From: an uncultured Clostridia bacterium
GTDB lineage: Bacteria; Bacillota; Clostridia; UBA1381
Assembly (NCBI GenBank): GCA_947626075.1
Contig: CANQQW010000001.1
Coordinates: forward strand, 14,213-78,212
Direction of reading: 5' to 3'
Length of the DNA stretch: 64,000 nt
The notes beneath the pieces were generated by a model. The model saw only the letters and a program-made list of their open reading frames with translations. It was not told where the DNA came from and did not search any database. A program made the position numbers and the translations under genes. Shown in pieces: positions 9,299 to 17,856 of this stretch. Position 1 is the stretch's first letter. Every line of letters starts with the position of its first letter.

Positions 9299-10756
9299 AT
9301 GGCAAAATATGATGACACTATGCCAATCGGCAAAAAAAGAAATCAGTCAATGCAGAACAACACAGAAGATGTAAAAGAGCCAATGTCACCGGAATCGCAT
9401 GACAGCGAACAGAAATTGCCTAATATGCCTGAACAGAAAGAACACGAAAAGCCTGAAACGACCGAAAATAACTCGGATGAACCGACAGAAAAGAAGTTGT
9501 CCGAAGAAGAAATATTAAGTTTACCGATACGTAAGGTAAAGAGCGGCGATCGTGTATTTTACGGACATTATGACGAGGAACGGCTAATAGTTTATCTAAT
9601 TGACGAGAACGGTAAACTGACGGGCAAATGCGGAAGATTGCATAAACCTTTACCGCCCAAACACCCACAGCCTGTTTCAGAGGATAGTTCTGATACGAAA
9701 CAAAACAATGCGCTGATGAATATTAAGGAGAGAAAGTTTAAAATCGGCTTCAATAAGGTTGATGATGAAAGAACATCCTCTTCGCCGCTTAAACGGTATA
9801 AAAAGGTTATTATTTTCGCTGCTGTTGCCTTAGCGGCAATTATTGGTATAGCGTCTTATCGAAGCGTCATGAACTCTGTATTTTCACCTAACGGGGACGA
9901 TAGCCCCGAACCGCAAGAAACGATTGCCCCGTCAGACGGGGAAATGTTGGTTATAGAAATAAACACTGACGTGATTGCAGGAGACGAAATAACAGAGGAT
10001 ATGCTGCAACCGGCTACCATAGACGGGCAAATGTATAACCAGATAGCAATTAATGGTAACGACTTGTATCGTTGGGATCAGCGCGAAAATATTATAGGTA
10101 TGTATGCCACGGAATATATCTCGCAAGGTCATTATATTACGACCAATTCGCTTTCAAAGATTGTTCGAGATGCTGAAAATCCGTGGATAATAAACAGCTC
10201 ACAGACAGCGTATGCGGATATACCTATTCAGTCTACAGAACTTGACGCATCAAGCATATTGATAGGAGACAAGCTTAAACTGGATTTTGAGGTCCAAGTA
10301 AGCGAGCAGGGCGTAAATAATACAGACGATACGGACGTTTCATCAGGGCAGAAAACTGTAACTATCAATTCGTATTCTATCAATAATGCCGTTATAGCGG
10401 ATATGTTCACAGCAAGCGACAAGAGTATATTCAATATATATACTGCGTTGTTATCTGTACCGGAAGGTAATCAGGAGTATTATCTAAAGAATATGTGCAA
10501 TAAAAATCCCAATTACTTAGACGGCATAAAACCTGTTAAGATACGTGTTTATTTTGATAAACAGTATGCGGATGCACTTTCGACTGCAATAGCAAGTCAG
10601 GAGAACATTCAAGTTACTTTGGGTGATGGCTCGGATATATCAACAACAGAGAAGAAACAGTTCTACGACGGGGAACGGGCATTACAAACAAGTTTTTCCA
10701 ATCTTGCAGCGGATAGCGACAGTATCAGTGTAGTGAAAGGGGACGATGAAAAATGA
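9299..10756 (+). CDS. Membrane-anchored SAF-domain (CpaB/RcpC-like) protein
   Basis: Charged low-complexity N-terminus, one TM (VIIFAAVALAAIIGIASY), SAF-like segment LVIEINTDVIAGDEITEDML...IIGMYATEYISQGHYIT. Confidence 0.6.
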   Translation: MAKYDDTMPIGKKRNQSMQNNTEDVKEPMSPESHDSEQKLPNMPEQKEHEKPETTENNSDEPTEKKLSEEEILSLPIRKVKSGDRVFYGHYDEERLIVYLIDENGKLTGKCGRLHKPLPPKHPQPVSEDSSDTKQNNALMNIKERKFKIGFNKVDDERTSSSPLKRYKKVIIFAAVALAAIIGIASYRSVMNSVFSPNGDDSPEPQETIAPSDGEMLVIEINTDVIAGDEITEDMLQPATIDGQMYNQIAINGNDLYRWDQRENIIGMYATEYISQGHYITTNSLSKIVRDAENPWIINSSQTAYADIPIQSTELDASSILIGDKLKLDFEVQVSEQGVNNTDDTDVSSGQKTVTINSYSINNAVIADMFTASDKSIFNIYTALLSVPEGNQEYYLKNMCNKNPNYLDGIKPVKIRVYFDKQYADALSTAIASQENIQVTLGDGSDISTTEKKQFYDGERALQTSFSNLAADSDSISVVKGDDEK

Positions 10757-11187
10757 TGTTAAATATATCAGAAAAGCTAAAAAAAATATGGCAACAGTTA
10801 AAAGAAACACAAGTTCCACCTGCATTAAGGACTATGCAAATCAAACGGTCACTGTTTGCAATAATGGTATTTGCTGTAACGATACTGTCAGCGATACTGA
10901 CGAAGAATGTAGGATTTTTGGTCGGCGCGATTATAGGTTTGTACTTGCTGTATTTAGTCGTTGCGATTAAGTACGACTATGCAAACGGGAAAATAGCCGA
11001 GTATACATTAACTTGTTTGTACATAAAAACGCAACCAAACCGATTAGCGATCGTATTCGCCGATGATGAAGATAACAGAGACGTGTTTTTCACGTTAAAC
11101 AAGAAAGATAATTTTATTGAAGATATAAAATACACAATCTACTGTAAGAATGAAAGCAAGGTTATTATTGCGTATGAGCAATCATGA
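10753..11187 (+). CDS. Hypothetical membrane protein (2 TM)
   Basis: ATGA overlap with the upstream gene; two hydrophobic segments. Confidence 0.75.
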   Translation: MMLNISEKLKKIWQQLKETQVPPALRTMQIKRSLFAIMVFAVTILSAILTKNVGFLVGAIIGLYLLYLVVAIKYDYANGKIAEYTLTCLYIKTQPNRLAIVFADDEDNRDVFFTLNKKDNFIEDIKYTIYCKNESKVIIAYEQS

Positions 11188-11192
11188 TAAGG

Positions 11193-11228
11193 AGTCGCTG
11201 CAATTTTAGTAGATTGCAACGACTTTTT
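11193..11228 (+). terminator. Intrinsic terminator
   Basis: AGTCG-C-TGCAAT ... ATTGCA-A-CGACT followed by T run. Confidence 0.7.
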
Positions 11229-11366
11229 TACATATTAAGCAAGCGAGAAAGGCAATATGGAAGAAATTAAAAAAATTTATAACCAATATACCGTTTTCGT
11301 GATTTTGAGATATGTAATAAATGAGGGGCAAAGAAAGAAAACTTTTTGAAAGTAGGTGGTTCATTA

Positions 11367-11546
11367 TCTCGTCGCTCTTACGTCAACAGGGCAGAAAAAA
11401 GAAGACAAAGCACGTCGCCGGTCTTTTAAAGGGAGTCGTAATATAAAAGCTGATAGGTATTTTTTTCGAGTGATTTTCTCACTTGTTCCTTTCTTCTTAT
11501 CAGCATAAAAGAACGGTAGGGCTCCCTTCAAAAGGCGGGCGACAGA
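11367..11546 (+). ncRNA. Candidate ~180-nt structured RNA upstream of the S1-like gene
   Basis: Five nested helices, including GTCGCTC/GGGCGAC, AAGGGAG/CTCCCTT and GCTGATAG/TTATCAGC. No known family recognised; strand assumed from gene orientation. Confidence 0.4.
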
Positions 11547-11588
11547 AAAATAAATTGTATACAAGGCGTAAATAAAGGAGTGATTATA

Positions 11589-12764
11589 ATGCCGAGAGCG
11601 AAGAAAAACACTGTTGTTGAAGAAACAGTAAAGGATAACACAATTCAGGAAGAAGTAACACAGGAAGACCGCGAGCAAGAGGAAATCCTTGAACAAGCCG
11701 AAACGGAACATTCAAAGGATAAAGCGGCTTCTAAGCCTAAGACGAGGAAGAAAACAAAAATTATGGAAGATGACGTTTCCCAAGCCCCTGCACGGACGCG
11801 TAAAGACGTTATTAACGAAATGGTTACAAACGAAAGAACGCGAGCGGCAAGAAACGATAAGCGTGAGACTACGCTGATGAGTTGGGAACAGTTACGCGGC
11901 GCACACAAAGACGGCAGAATTGTAACAGGAAGTATATTCTCAATTGAGACACTGGACAACAAGCACGTCGTTGCTGTGGTTGATATGACAGGGTTCAGGG
12001 TCATTATCCCTATCGAGGAGATGTACAAGAATCCACCCTTGGACTACTCGACTGTAGTCAATGAAGCACAGCGCATACACCGTGAACGTCAAATGCTGTC
12101 CAAACTGTTAGGTGGCGAGATACAGTTTATTATAACCAACATTGACGGCTCACCATCAGACAATGAAGACGGATACCTGATTGTAGGTTCGCGTCGTCAG
12201 GCACTGGCACGTATAGAGGAACGCAATTACATACGTCATAGCCGTAACGGTATGCCCGCTATAACTGAGGGTAGTGTTGCTGAAGCTACGGTTGTATCAG
12301 TAGGTCAGCATGCCGTATTTGCAAATGTAGGCGGCGTAGACACTTCAATTTCCACATATCAGCTAACATATAGATATGTAGACAATGCCACAAATATGTA
12401 CACGCTTGGGGACAAATTCAATGTTGTCGTTAAGAGTATTGAGTTTGACGAGGACGGCAGCGTTAAAAATCTTGTCGTATCGGGCAAGGAAGCTGAGATT
12501 GAAGAATATCAGTCCCGCATTGATAAGATTAAGCCTAACACACTGACATTGGGTGTTATTACGTCTGTGAGAGCGTCAAAGAAGACACCCGGCAAGACAA
12601 TAATAACGCTGTTTATCGACGCATACAAGATGCCGGCTATGGCATCCTATGTCAAGATAGACACTATGGCAGAACCGCCCAAAACAGGCGACAGGGTTGT
12701 ATTCTCGACCTACATGGTAACGGATAGGGGATTCGTGATGGGACAGATCTTGCGTAAGGCATAA
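11589..12764 (+). CDS. Multi-S1 (OB-fold) RNA-binding protein resembling ribosomal protein S1 repeats
   Basis: S1-like units such as EGSVAEATVVSVGQHAVFANVGGVDTSISTYQLTYRYVDNATNMYTLGDKFNVVVKSIE; RBS AAGGAG before ATG 11589. Confidence 0.75.
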   Translation: MPRAKKNTVVEETVKDNTIQEEVTQEDREQEEILEQAETEHSKDKAASKPKTRKKTKIMEDDVSQAPARTRKDVINEMVTNERTRAARNDKRETTLMSWEQLRGAHKDGRIVTGSIFSIETLDNKHVVAVVDMTGFRVIIPIEEMYKNPPLDYSTVVNEAQRIHRERQMLSKLLGGEIQFIITNIDGSPSDNEDGYLIVGSRRQALARIEERNYIRHSRNGMPAITEGSVAEATVVSVGQHAVFANVGGVDTSISTYQLTYRYVDNATNMYTLGDKFNVVVKSIEFDEDGSVKNLVVSGKEAEIEEYQSRIDKIKPNTLTLGVITSVRASKKTPGKTIITLFIDAYKMPAMASYVKIDTMAEPPKTGDRVVFSTYMVTDRGFVMGQILRKA

Positions 12765-12798
12765 TTATTACATCAAAATTCTATACGAGGAGGTTTGA

Positions 12799-13671
12799 AT
12801 GATGGCAAAGAATGAGGGTGTGGACATATATGTTATCCCCGAGAACTTTATCGAAGGTGGAAGAATATTAAATGGTATGTTCAAAACACGGAATTTCGTT
12901 GAAGCTGTCGCGTTAGCATTAGCTGTAGGTATTCCGCTGTGGTTCATACCGTACCCTTCGGTTGCCATGAAAATGAGTGTCCTAATATCCGTTGTATTGC
13001 CTGTTTTCATAATGGGTGTCATCGGCATAAACGATAGCTCGTTGTTGGAGTTTCTGCAACAGTTCTTAAAGTGGCGAAAGAACAAGCGGATAATGATATA
13101 CAACACAAACACGCGCTCACGAGATGTAAGACCGGTTGAGGTTGTGCTATCACAGGAGCTGCCTAAAGATAAAATCGTAAAAACTATTGATACATGGCGT
13201 GAAAACAAGCGTCATAAGTCAACCGGCGAGACATTTATCGAGGGCAGAGACTTTGTATTTGACGAAGAAGTCAACACGTCATATACCGCCGCTGAAAACA
13301 AGCTCTTGTCACAGGACGATACGGACGAAACAGCAGAGAAGAAACCTAAGAAAGAGCGCAAACATAAGGGTAAAAAGGCAAAGGACGGCGAAAACACCGA
13401 AACCGCTGAAGAAACCGTTAGCACATCCGATACGGAAGAAGTTGATAATACCGAAGCAGAAACAGCGCAGGAAGCCGATACAGAGCCTACAGAAACCGAA
13501 AACGAGCCGCATGAGGTAAGTGATAGGGCAGAAGAAAACAGTGCGCAAGAAGGTAAAAGACCCGCCAAAAATGATGTACAAAAGCAAGAGGATGAGTTTG
13601 ACAAGTTTATCGACGTGGAAGCTGTGACGGACGAAACCGATGATGTGTTCGATATTATAACAGGGGAGTGA
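12799..13671 (+). CDS. prgI: PrgI-family (VirB3-like) T4SS membrane protein with long acidic tail
   Basis: YVIPENFIEGGRILNG..TRNFVEA motif, two TMs, EFL..FLKWRK; located immediately before VirB4. Confidence 0.7.
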   Translation: MMAKNEGVDIYVIPENFIEGGRILNGMFKTRNFVEAVALALAVGIPLWFIPYPSVAMKMSVLISVVLPVFIMGVIGINDSSLLEFLQQFLKWRKNKRIMIYNTNTRSRDVRPVEVVLSQELPKDKIVKTIDTWRENKRHKSTGETFIEGRDFVFDEEVNTSYTAAENKLLSQDDTDETAEKKPKKERKHKGKKAKDGENTETAEETVSTSDTEEVDNTEAETAQEADTEPTETENEPHEVSDRAEENSAQEGKRPAKNDVQKQEDEFDKFIDVEAVTDETDDVFDIITGE

Positions 13672-13677
13672 TAGAGA

Positions 13678-16203
13678 ATGGCAAAAGAACAAAAAGCGGC
13701 TAAAAAAGCCGGTCAAACCAAGAAAAAGCAAAAAAGCTTGATGAAAATCCAAAGCACACAAGCATTTCTCCCTATTCGCGATATATCTGACGGAATTATT
13801 ATAACGACCGACAGGAGGTTTATAAAAATCCTCGAAGTAACGCCTATAAATTTTTTGCTCAGGTCGCCATCTGAACAGAGCGCAATAGTACAGTCATTTG
13901 CCGGCGTTTTAAAGCAAATGCCGATCAAAGTACAGTTCAAGATTATATCTCGTCGAGCGGATGTGTCGAATTATATTGATAAGATATACACCAATATGGA
14001 GACAGAGGAAAACGATAAGTGTTTGCAGCTACAGGAAGAACAGATAAATCTTATTTCCACTGTTGGCGAGAGAGAGGGCATATCACGCCGGTTCTATATT
14101 ATTTTTGAATATGAAGAACCGACAGGCTTGCAGAAGTCCGCGACGTTCTCGGAGATCAAGTCGTCGTTAAACACTTATGCTATGCGTATTCAGAATATGC
14201 TCTTGCCTTGCGGAAACGAGGTACATCCACTTACAGACGATAAGGATATATTGAATGTATTCTATCAAATCCTGTGCAAAAACGAGAGCGATAATAAGGC
14301 GTTCGATATACGAATGTATGAGACCATTTCACGATACATAGCAGATACGAATTACAATCCCGAAAAGGACTCATACATACCGCTAACCGACTTTATATCG
14401 CCTAAGACAATAGATACGCGGCAATCGCCTAAATATATTGTTGTTGATGGGACATATTACGCATTTGCATACATTCCATCCAAGTCGTATAACACTACTT
14501 CAATAGCGGGTTGGCTGTCGTATCTTATAAACCTTGGCGAGGGCATAGATGTTGACCTATATATAAAGAAGGAAAACATAGCTTCCACACAACAGAAATT
14601 GGCATATGCACTGAGATTTAACAAGGTAAAGGCAAGGAGTATGGATGATACATCTGCCGACTATGACGATGTACGAGATGCCATATCTTCCGGGTACTAC
14701 CTGCGACAAGGCATATCAAACGGTGAGGACTTTTGCTATATGTCCATTTTACTCACGGTTATGGCAGATAGCTATGAGGAGCTTGAGTGGAAAATGCGCG
14801 AGGTGAAAGCATACCTAATTACACAGGATATACGCGTAAAATCGTGCCTGTTCCGTCAAGAGGAAGCGTTTTTAATGGCACTGCCGTTATGCTATATGGA
14901 CAATTTTATCTATCGCCGAGCGCGCAGAAATGTTTTAACGCATGATTGCGCGTCTGCTTATCCGTTCATATCGTTCGAGATTACTGATGAGAACGGCATT
15001 ATGCTTGGGCTTAATAAGAACAACAATTCACTGGTGTTCTTGGATCCGTTCGATACGAAAAAATATAAAAATGCCAATATGGCTATTATAGGAACGCCGG
15101 GTGCGGGAAAGACATATACACTACAATGTTTGGCTATGCGTATGCGTCAGCAAAAGAAGCAGGTATTCATTATCGCCCCTGATAAGGGATATGAGTTTAT
15201 ACGAGCTTGTGAGGAAATAGGCGGTGAGTATATCAATATCAGTGCCGGTTCAAAGCAGAATATAAACATCATGGAAATACGCAAAATGGATACTGAAACG
15301 TCGGAAATACTGGACGGTAGAAACGCTGTCAGCGCGTCTATTATGTCGCGCAAAATTCAACAGCTTCATATTTTTTTCACACTGTTAATACCTGATATAT
15401 CTTATGAGGAAAAGCAGTTGTTGGACGAAGCATTGGTTAATACATATGCAAAGTTTGGCATAACAGCTGATAATAAATCTCTTATCAATACTGACGATCC
15501 GACGAGGTATAAGCCAATGCCGATATTGGGTGACTTGCATAAAGAATTAAAGAAAATGGGTGAAAAAACAAACCGCCTATACAGCATATTGCTACGATAT
15601 ATTACAGGTTCGGCATCGTCTTTCAACGCTCAAACAAACGTCAACTTGGATAATAAATATATTATCTTGGACGTATCGGAGCTGACAAAAGAAATGATAC
15701 CTATGGGAATGTTTATTGTTCTTGACTATGTATGGGACAAAATCAAAGAGGATAGAACAAAGCGTAAAGTCATTTTTATAGACGAGGTATGGGAGTTAAT
15801 CGGTGCAAAAGCGTCTGAGGAAACGGCAGAATTTGTTCTTGAAATCTTTAAACTGATTCGTAGCTATGGCGGTAGCGCGGTGGCTTCAACGCAGGACCTA
15901 AACGACTTTTTCTCCCGTGACGACGGTCGATACGGTAAGGGTGTTGTAAACAGTGCAAAGATAAAGATTATCATGCAGCTTGAACAGCAAGAGGCAGAGT
16001 TCGTACAGGATGCGTTTAACCTGTCCGACACAGAACGACAGCAAGTAGCGCAGTTCCAAAAGGGTGAGGGATTGCTGTGTGCTAACAATAATCATGTGAT
16101 GATAAAGGTAACAGCATCCAAGACAGAGGACGAATTGATTACAACCGACTCAAATCAATTGCGCGAAATCGCGACACACAAACGCGAGGAAAGATATATT
16201 TAA
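13678..16203 (+). CDS. virB4: VirB4-like conjugative T4SS ATPase
   Basis: Walker A GTPGAGKT, Walker B VIFIDEVW, IRSYGG..VASTQ motif, 841 aa. Confidence 0.9.
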   Translation: MAKEQKAAKKAGQTKKKQKSLMKIQSTQAFLPIRDISDGIIITTDRRFIKILEVTPINFLLRSPSEQSAIVQSFAGVLKQMPIKVQFKIISRRADVSNYIDKIYTNMETEENDKCLQLQEEQINLISTVGEREGISRRFYIIFEYEEPTGLQKSATFSEIKSSLNTYAMRIQNMLLPCGNEVHPLTDDKDILNVFYQILCKNESDNKAFDIRMYETISRYIADTNYNPEKDSYIPLTDFISPKTIDTRQSPKYIVVDGTYYAFAYIPSKSYNTTSIAGWLSYLINLGEGIDVDLYIKKENIASTQQKLAYALRFNKVKARSMDDTSADYDDVRDAISSGYYLRQGISNGEDFCYMSILLTVMADSYEELEWKMREVKAYLITQDIRVKSCLFRQEEAFLMALPLCYMDNFIYRRARRNVLTHDCASAYPFISFEITDENGIMLGLNKNNNSLVFLDPFDTKKYKNANMAIIGTPGAGKTYTLQCLAMRMRQQKKQVFIIAPDKGYEFIRACEEIGGEYINISAGSKQNINIMEIRKMDTETSEILDGRNAVSASIMSRKIQQLHIFFTLLIPDISYEEKQLLDEALVNTYAKFGITADNKSLINTDDPTRYKPMPILGDLHKELKKMGEKTNRLYSILLRYITGSASSFNAQTNVNLDNKYIILDVSELTKEMIPMGMFIVLDYVWDKIKEDRTKRKVIFIDEVWELIGAKASEETAEFVLEIFKLIRSYGGSAVASTQDLNDFFSRDDGRYGKGVVNSAKIKIIMQLEQQEAEFVQDAFNLSDTERQQVAQFQKGEGLLCANNNHVMIKVTASKTEDELITTDSNQLREIATHKREERYI

Positions 16204-16206
16204 ACA

Positions 16207-16244
16207 TTTCATCCCACCGTTTTCAATATGGCGGTGGGATGAAA
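16207..16244. terminator. Terminator-like hairpin after virB4
   Basis: 13-bp stem TTTCATCCCACCG / CGGTGGGATGAAA; the A run after it would make it a better terminator on the minus strand. Confidence 0.65.
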
Positions 16245-16257
16245 AAACACTTTACAG

Positions 16258-16360
16258 AACGTTTATTAAACGTGTTAAAAGCGTGTTAAAAACGTTTGTT
16301 GGTAGTCAAAACGTTTATTAAAGCGTATATAAAGCGTTTATTAAACGTTTTATATACGTT
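16258..16360. repeat. Array of nine degenerate 11-bp-phased repeats (consensus ~AAACGTTTATT)
   Basis: CGT cores at 16260, 16271, 16282, 16293, 16312, 16324, 16335, 16346 and 16357. Confidence 0.8.
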
Positions 16361-16378
16361 AAGAAAGGACAAATAGCT

Positions 16379-16936
16379 ATGATTTCAACGATTTTAGTAA
16401 ATAACATTCTTGAGTTCGTGAACCGTATTGGGGTGGTAGAGGAAAATCAGCTCTTCACTATGTTCGGTATGACGCACGACATAGATACCATTGACTGGTG
16501 TTTACGACATCTTAGCCGAACCAATCAAATCAATATGGACAGGGAACGAGGAATAATTACACGTCGGCAATGGGTGAACGAGTCTGATTTCGGGCAGAAG
16601 CTAATGACGACGGCAACATGGGTTTTAGCTCACATGGGTGAAACGCGCGTACGGGACTTTTTTCCCGTTTCTTATCCGTCCCAACTACTGATTATAGGTG
16701 AGGACAACAACGTCTATGATGTGACGGTGTATACATGGCAAACACTCGACGCAATAAATATGTCGATTATCCCGAAGCGTAATCAGATCGTCCCGCCGGG
16801 TGAGGTTGATATGACTATACATATCGCGCTGCTTCCCGATGAGGAAATGGCAAGTAAGGTAAAGGCGTTCGGGTTCGATAATTACTGTATTCTCGACGAG
16901 AATGGTAAGCCTAAATACTACGAGTGGGAGGACTAA
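16379..16936 (+). CDS. Hypothetical protein, possible N-terminal winged helix
   Basis: RBS AGAAAGGA; ILEFVNRIGVVEENQL...CLRHLSRTNQI looks wHTH-like. Family not established. Confidence 0.65.
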   Translation: MISTILVNNILEFVNRIGVVEENQLFTMFGMTHDIDTIDWCLRHLSRTNQINMDRERGIITRRQWVNESDFGQKLMTTATWVLAHMGETRVRDFFPVSYPSQLLIIGEDNNVYDVTVYTWQTLDAINMSIIPKRNQIVPPGEVDMTIHIALLPDEEMASKVKAFGFDNYCILDENGKPKYYEWED

Positions 16937-16939
16937 ACC

Positions 16940-17668
16940 ATGACAAAGGATTTTGTGCAGAATATGGCTGATGTGGATATAATCGACATGGTTAATACCT
17001 ATAAGGCAACCGGCAAGACAGCTGAACAGCTACAGAACGAAATAAACAAGTCATTGCCCACGCTTGAATCATTTGCGAGCACATACAGATTTATGCTGCC
17101 AAAGGAACGGCATAAGACCGCCAAAGATATACAGAAGCTTATAACTCGCGATTATATACGGTTTCTGCTGCTGTATCAGCAGTTATATAACGATTACAGC
17201 AACATATTCTACGCTGTGTACGATGCACATTTGAAGAATACGGTAACAGTTGAGTGCGACAGTTCGTTCATATCGGCATTTGCCACAGATGATATGCTCG
17301 CAGTGAAACTACCACATCTGCCGGTCAAAGCTCGTATTCGCTCCTCGGTGTTCCAAGACCTGCTACGTGATAAGCTTTCGGTCGTCAATGTGCCGCTTAT
17401 CCGTGACAAGCTGATACACATCGTACATATATATCCCACAGCGATGAGTGAGCTTAGAGTCCCCGACAATGACAATTATGACATAAAACGATTGATTGAT
17501 GTCATATCCGACTATATGGGCTATGGGGATAGCGGAGTACACTGTTCGCTGTTCATGGAGACGCTTCTGACAGACGATGTACCCGAAGGTAGCTATGTTA
17601 TAGTTACACCTAAGAGTAGTGGAGTAAAATCCGATTCCGAAACCTTAGAAATTCTTCAAAATTTCTGA
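16940..17668 (+). CDS. RusA-like nuclease/resolvase candidate
   Basis: C-terminal PDNDNYDIKRLIDVI...GD resembles the RusA DxDNxxKxxxD...DD catalytic motif. Confidence 0.5.
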   Translation: MTKDFVQNMADVDIIDMVNTYKATGKTAEQLQNEINKSLPTLESFASTYRFMLPKERHKTAKDIQKLITRDYIRFLLLYQQLYNDYSNIFYAVYDAHLKNTVTVECDSSFISAFATDDMLAVKLPHLPVKARIRSSVFQDLLRDKLSVVNVPLIRDKLIHIVHIYPTAMSELRVPDNDNYDIKRLIDVISDYMGYGDSGVHCSLFMETLLTDDVPEGSYVIVTPKSSGVKSDSETLEILQNF

Positions 17669-17688
17669 TTTTCAACCTTTAAAAACTC

Positions 17689-17726
17689 GTGAAATTTATG
17701 TAATTTTTCGACTACATAAATTTCAC
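17689..17726. other. 14-bp perfect inverted repeat (oriT/operator candidate)
   Basis: GTGAAATTTATGTA-N10-TACATAAATTTCAC, no T tail, upstream of the Rep/relaxase candidate. Confidence 0.5.
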
Positions 17727-17856
17727 AAGGTTCGGGAGCGGATTTATATAGGTTTTTACTAAGGATTTTTAAGGCATAAGACCGAAAATCTATTGAAGAT
17801 AGATTAGCTTGATAGATTTTAGATCATACAACGGCAAAAAGAAAGGGGCAAAAGGA

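Noticed and set aside
13212-13761. Minus-strand ORFs opposite prgI
   Set aside because: Shadows of the acidic low-complexity tail; no RBS or family motif.
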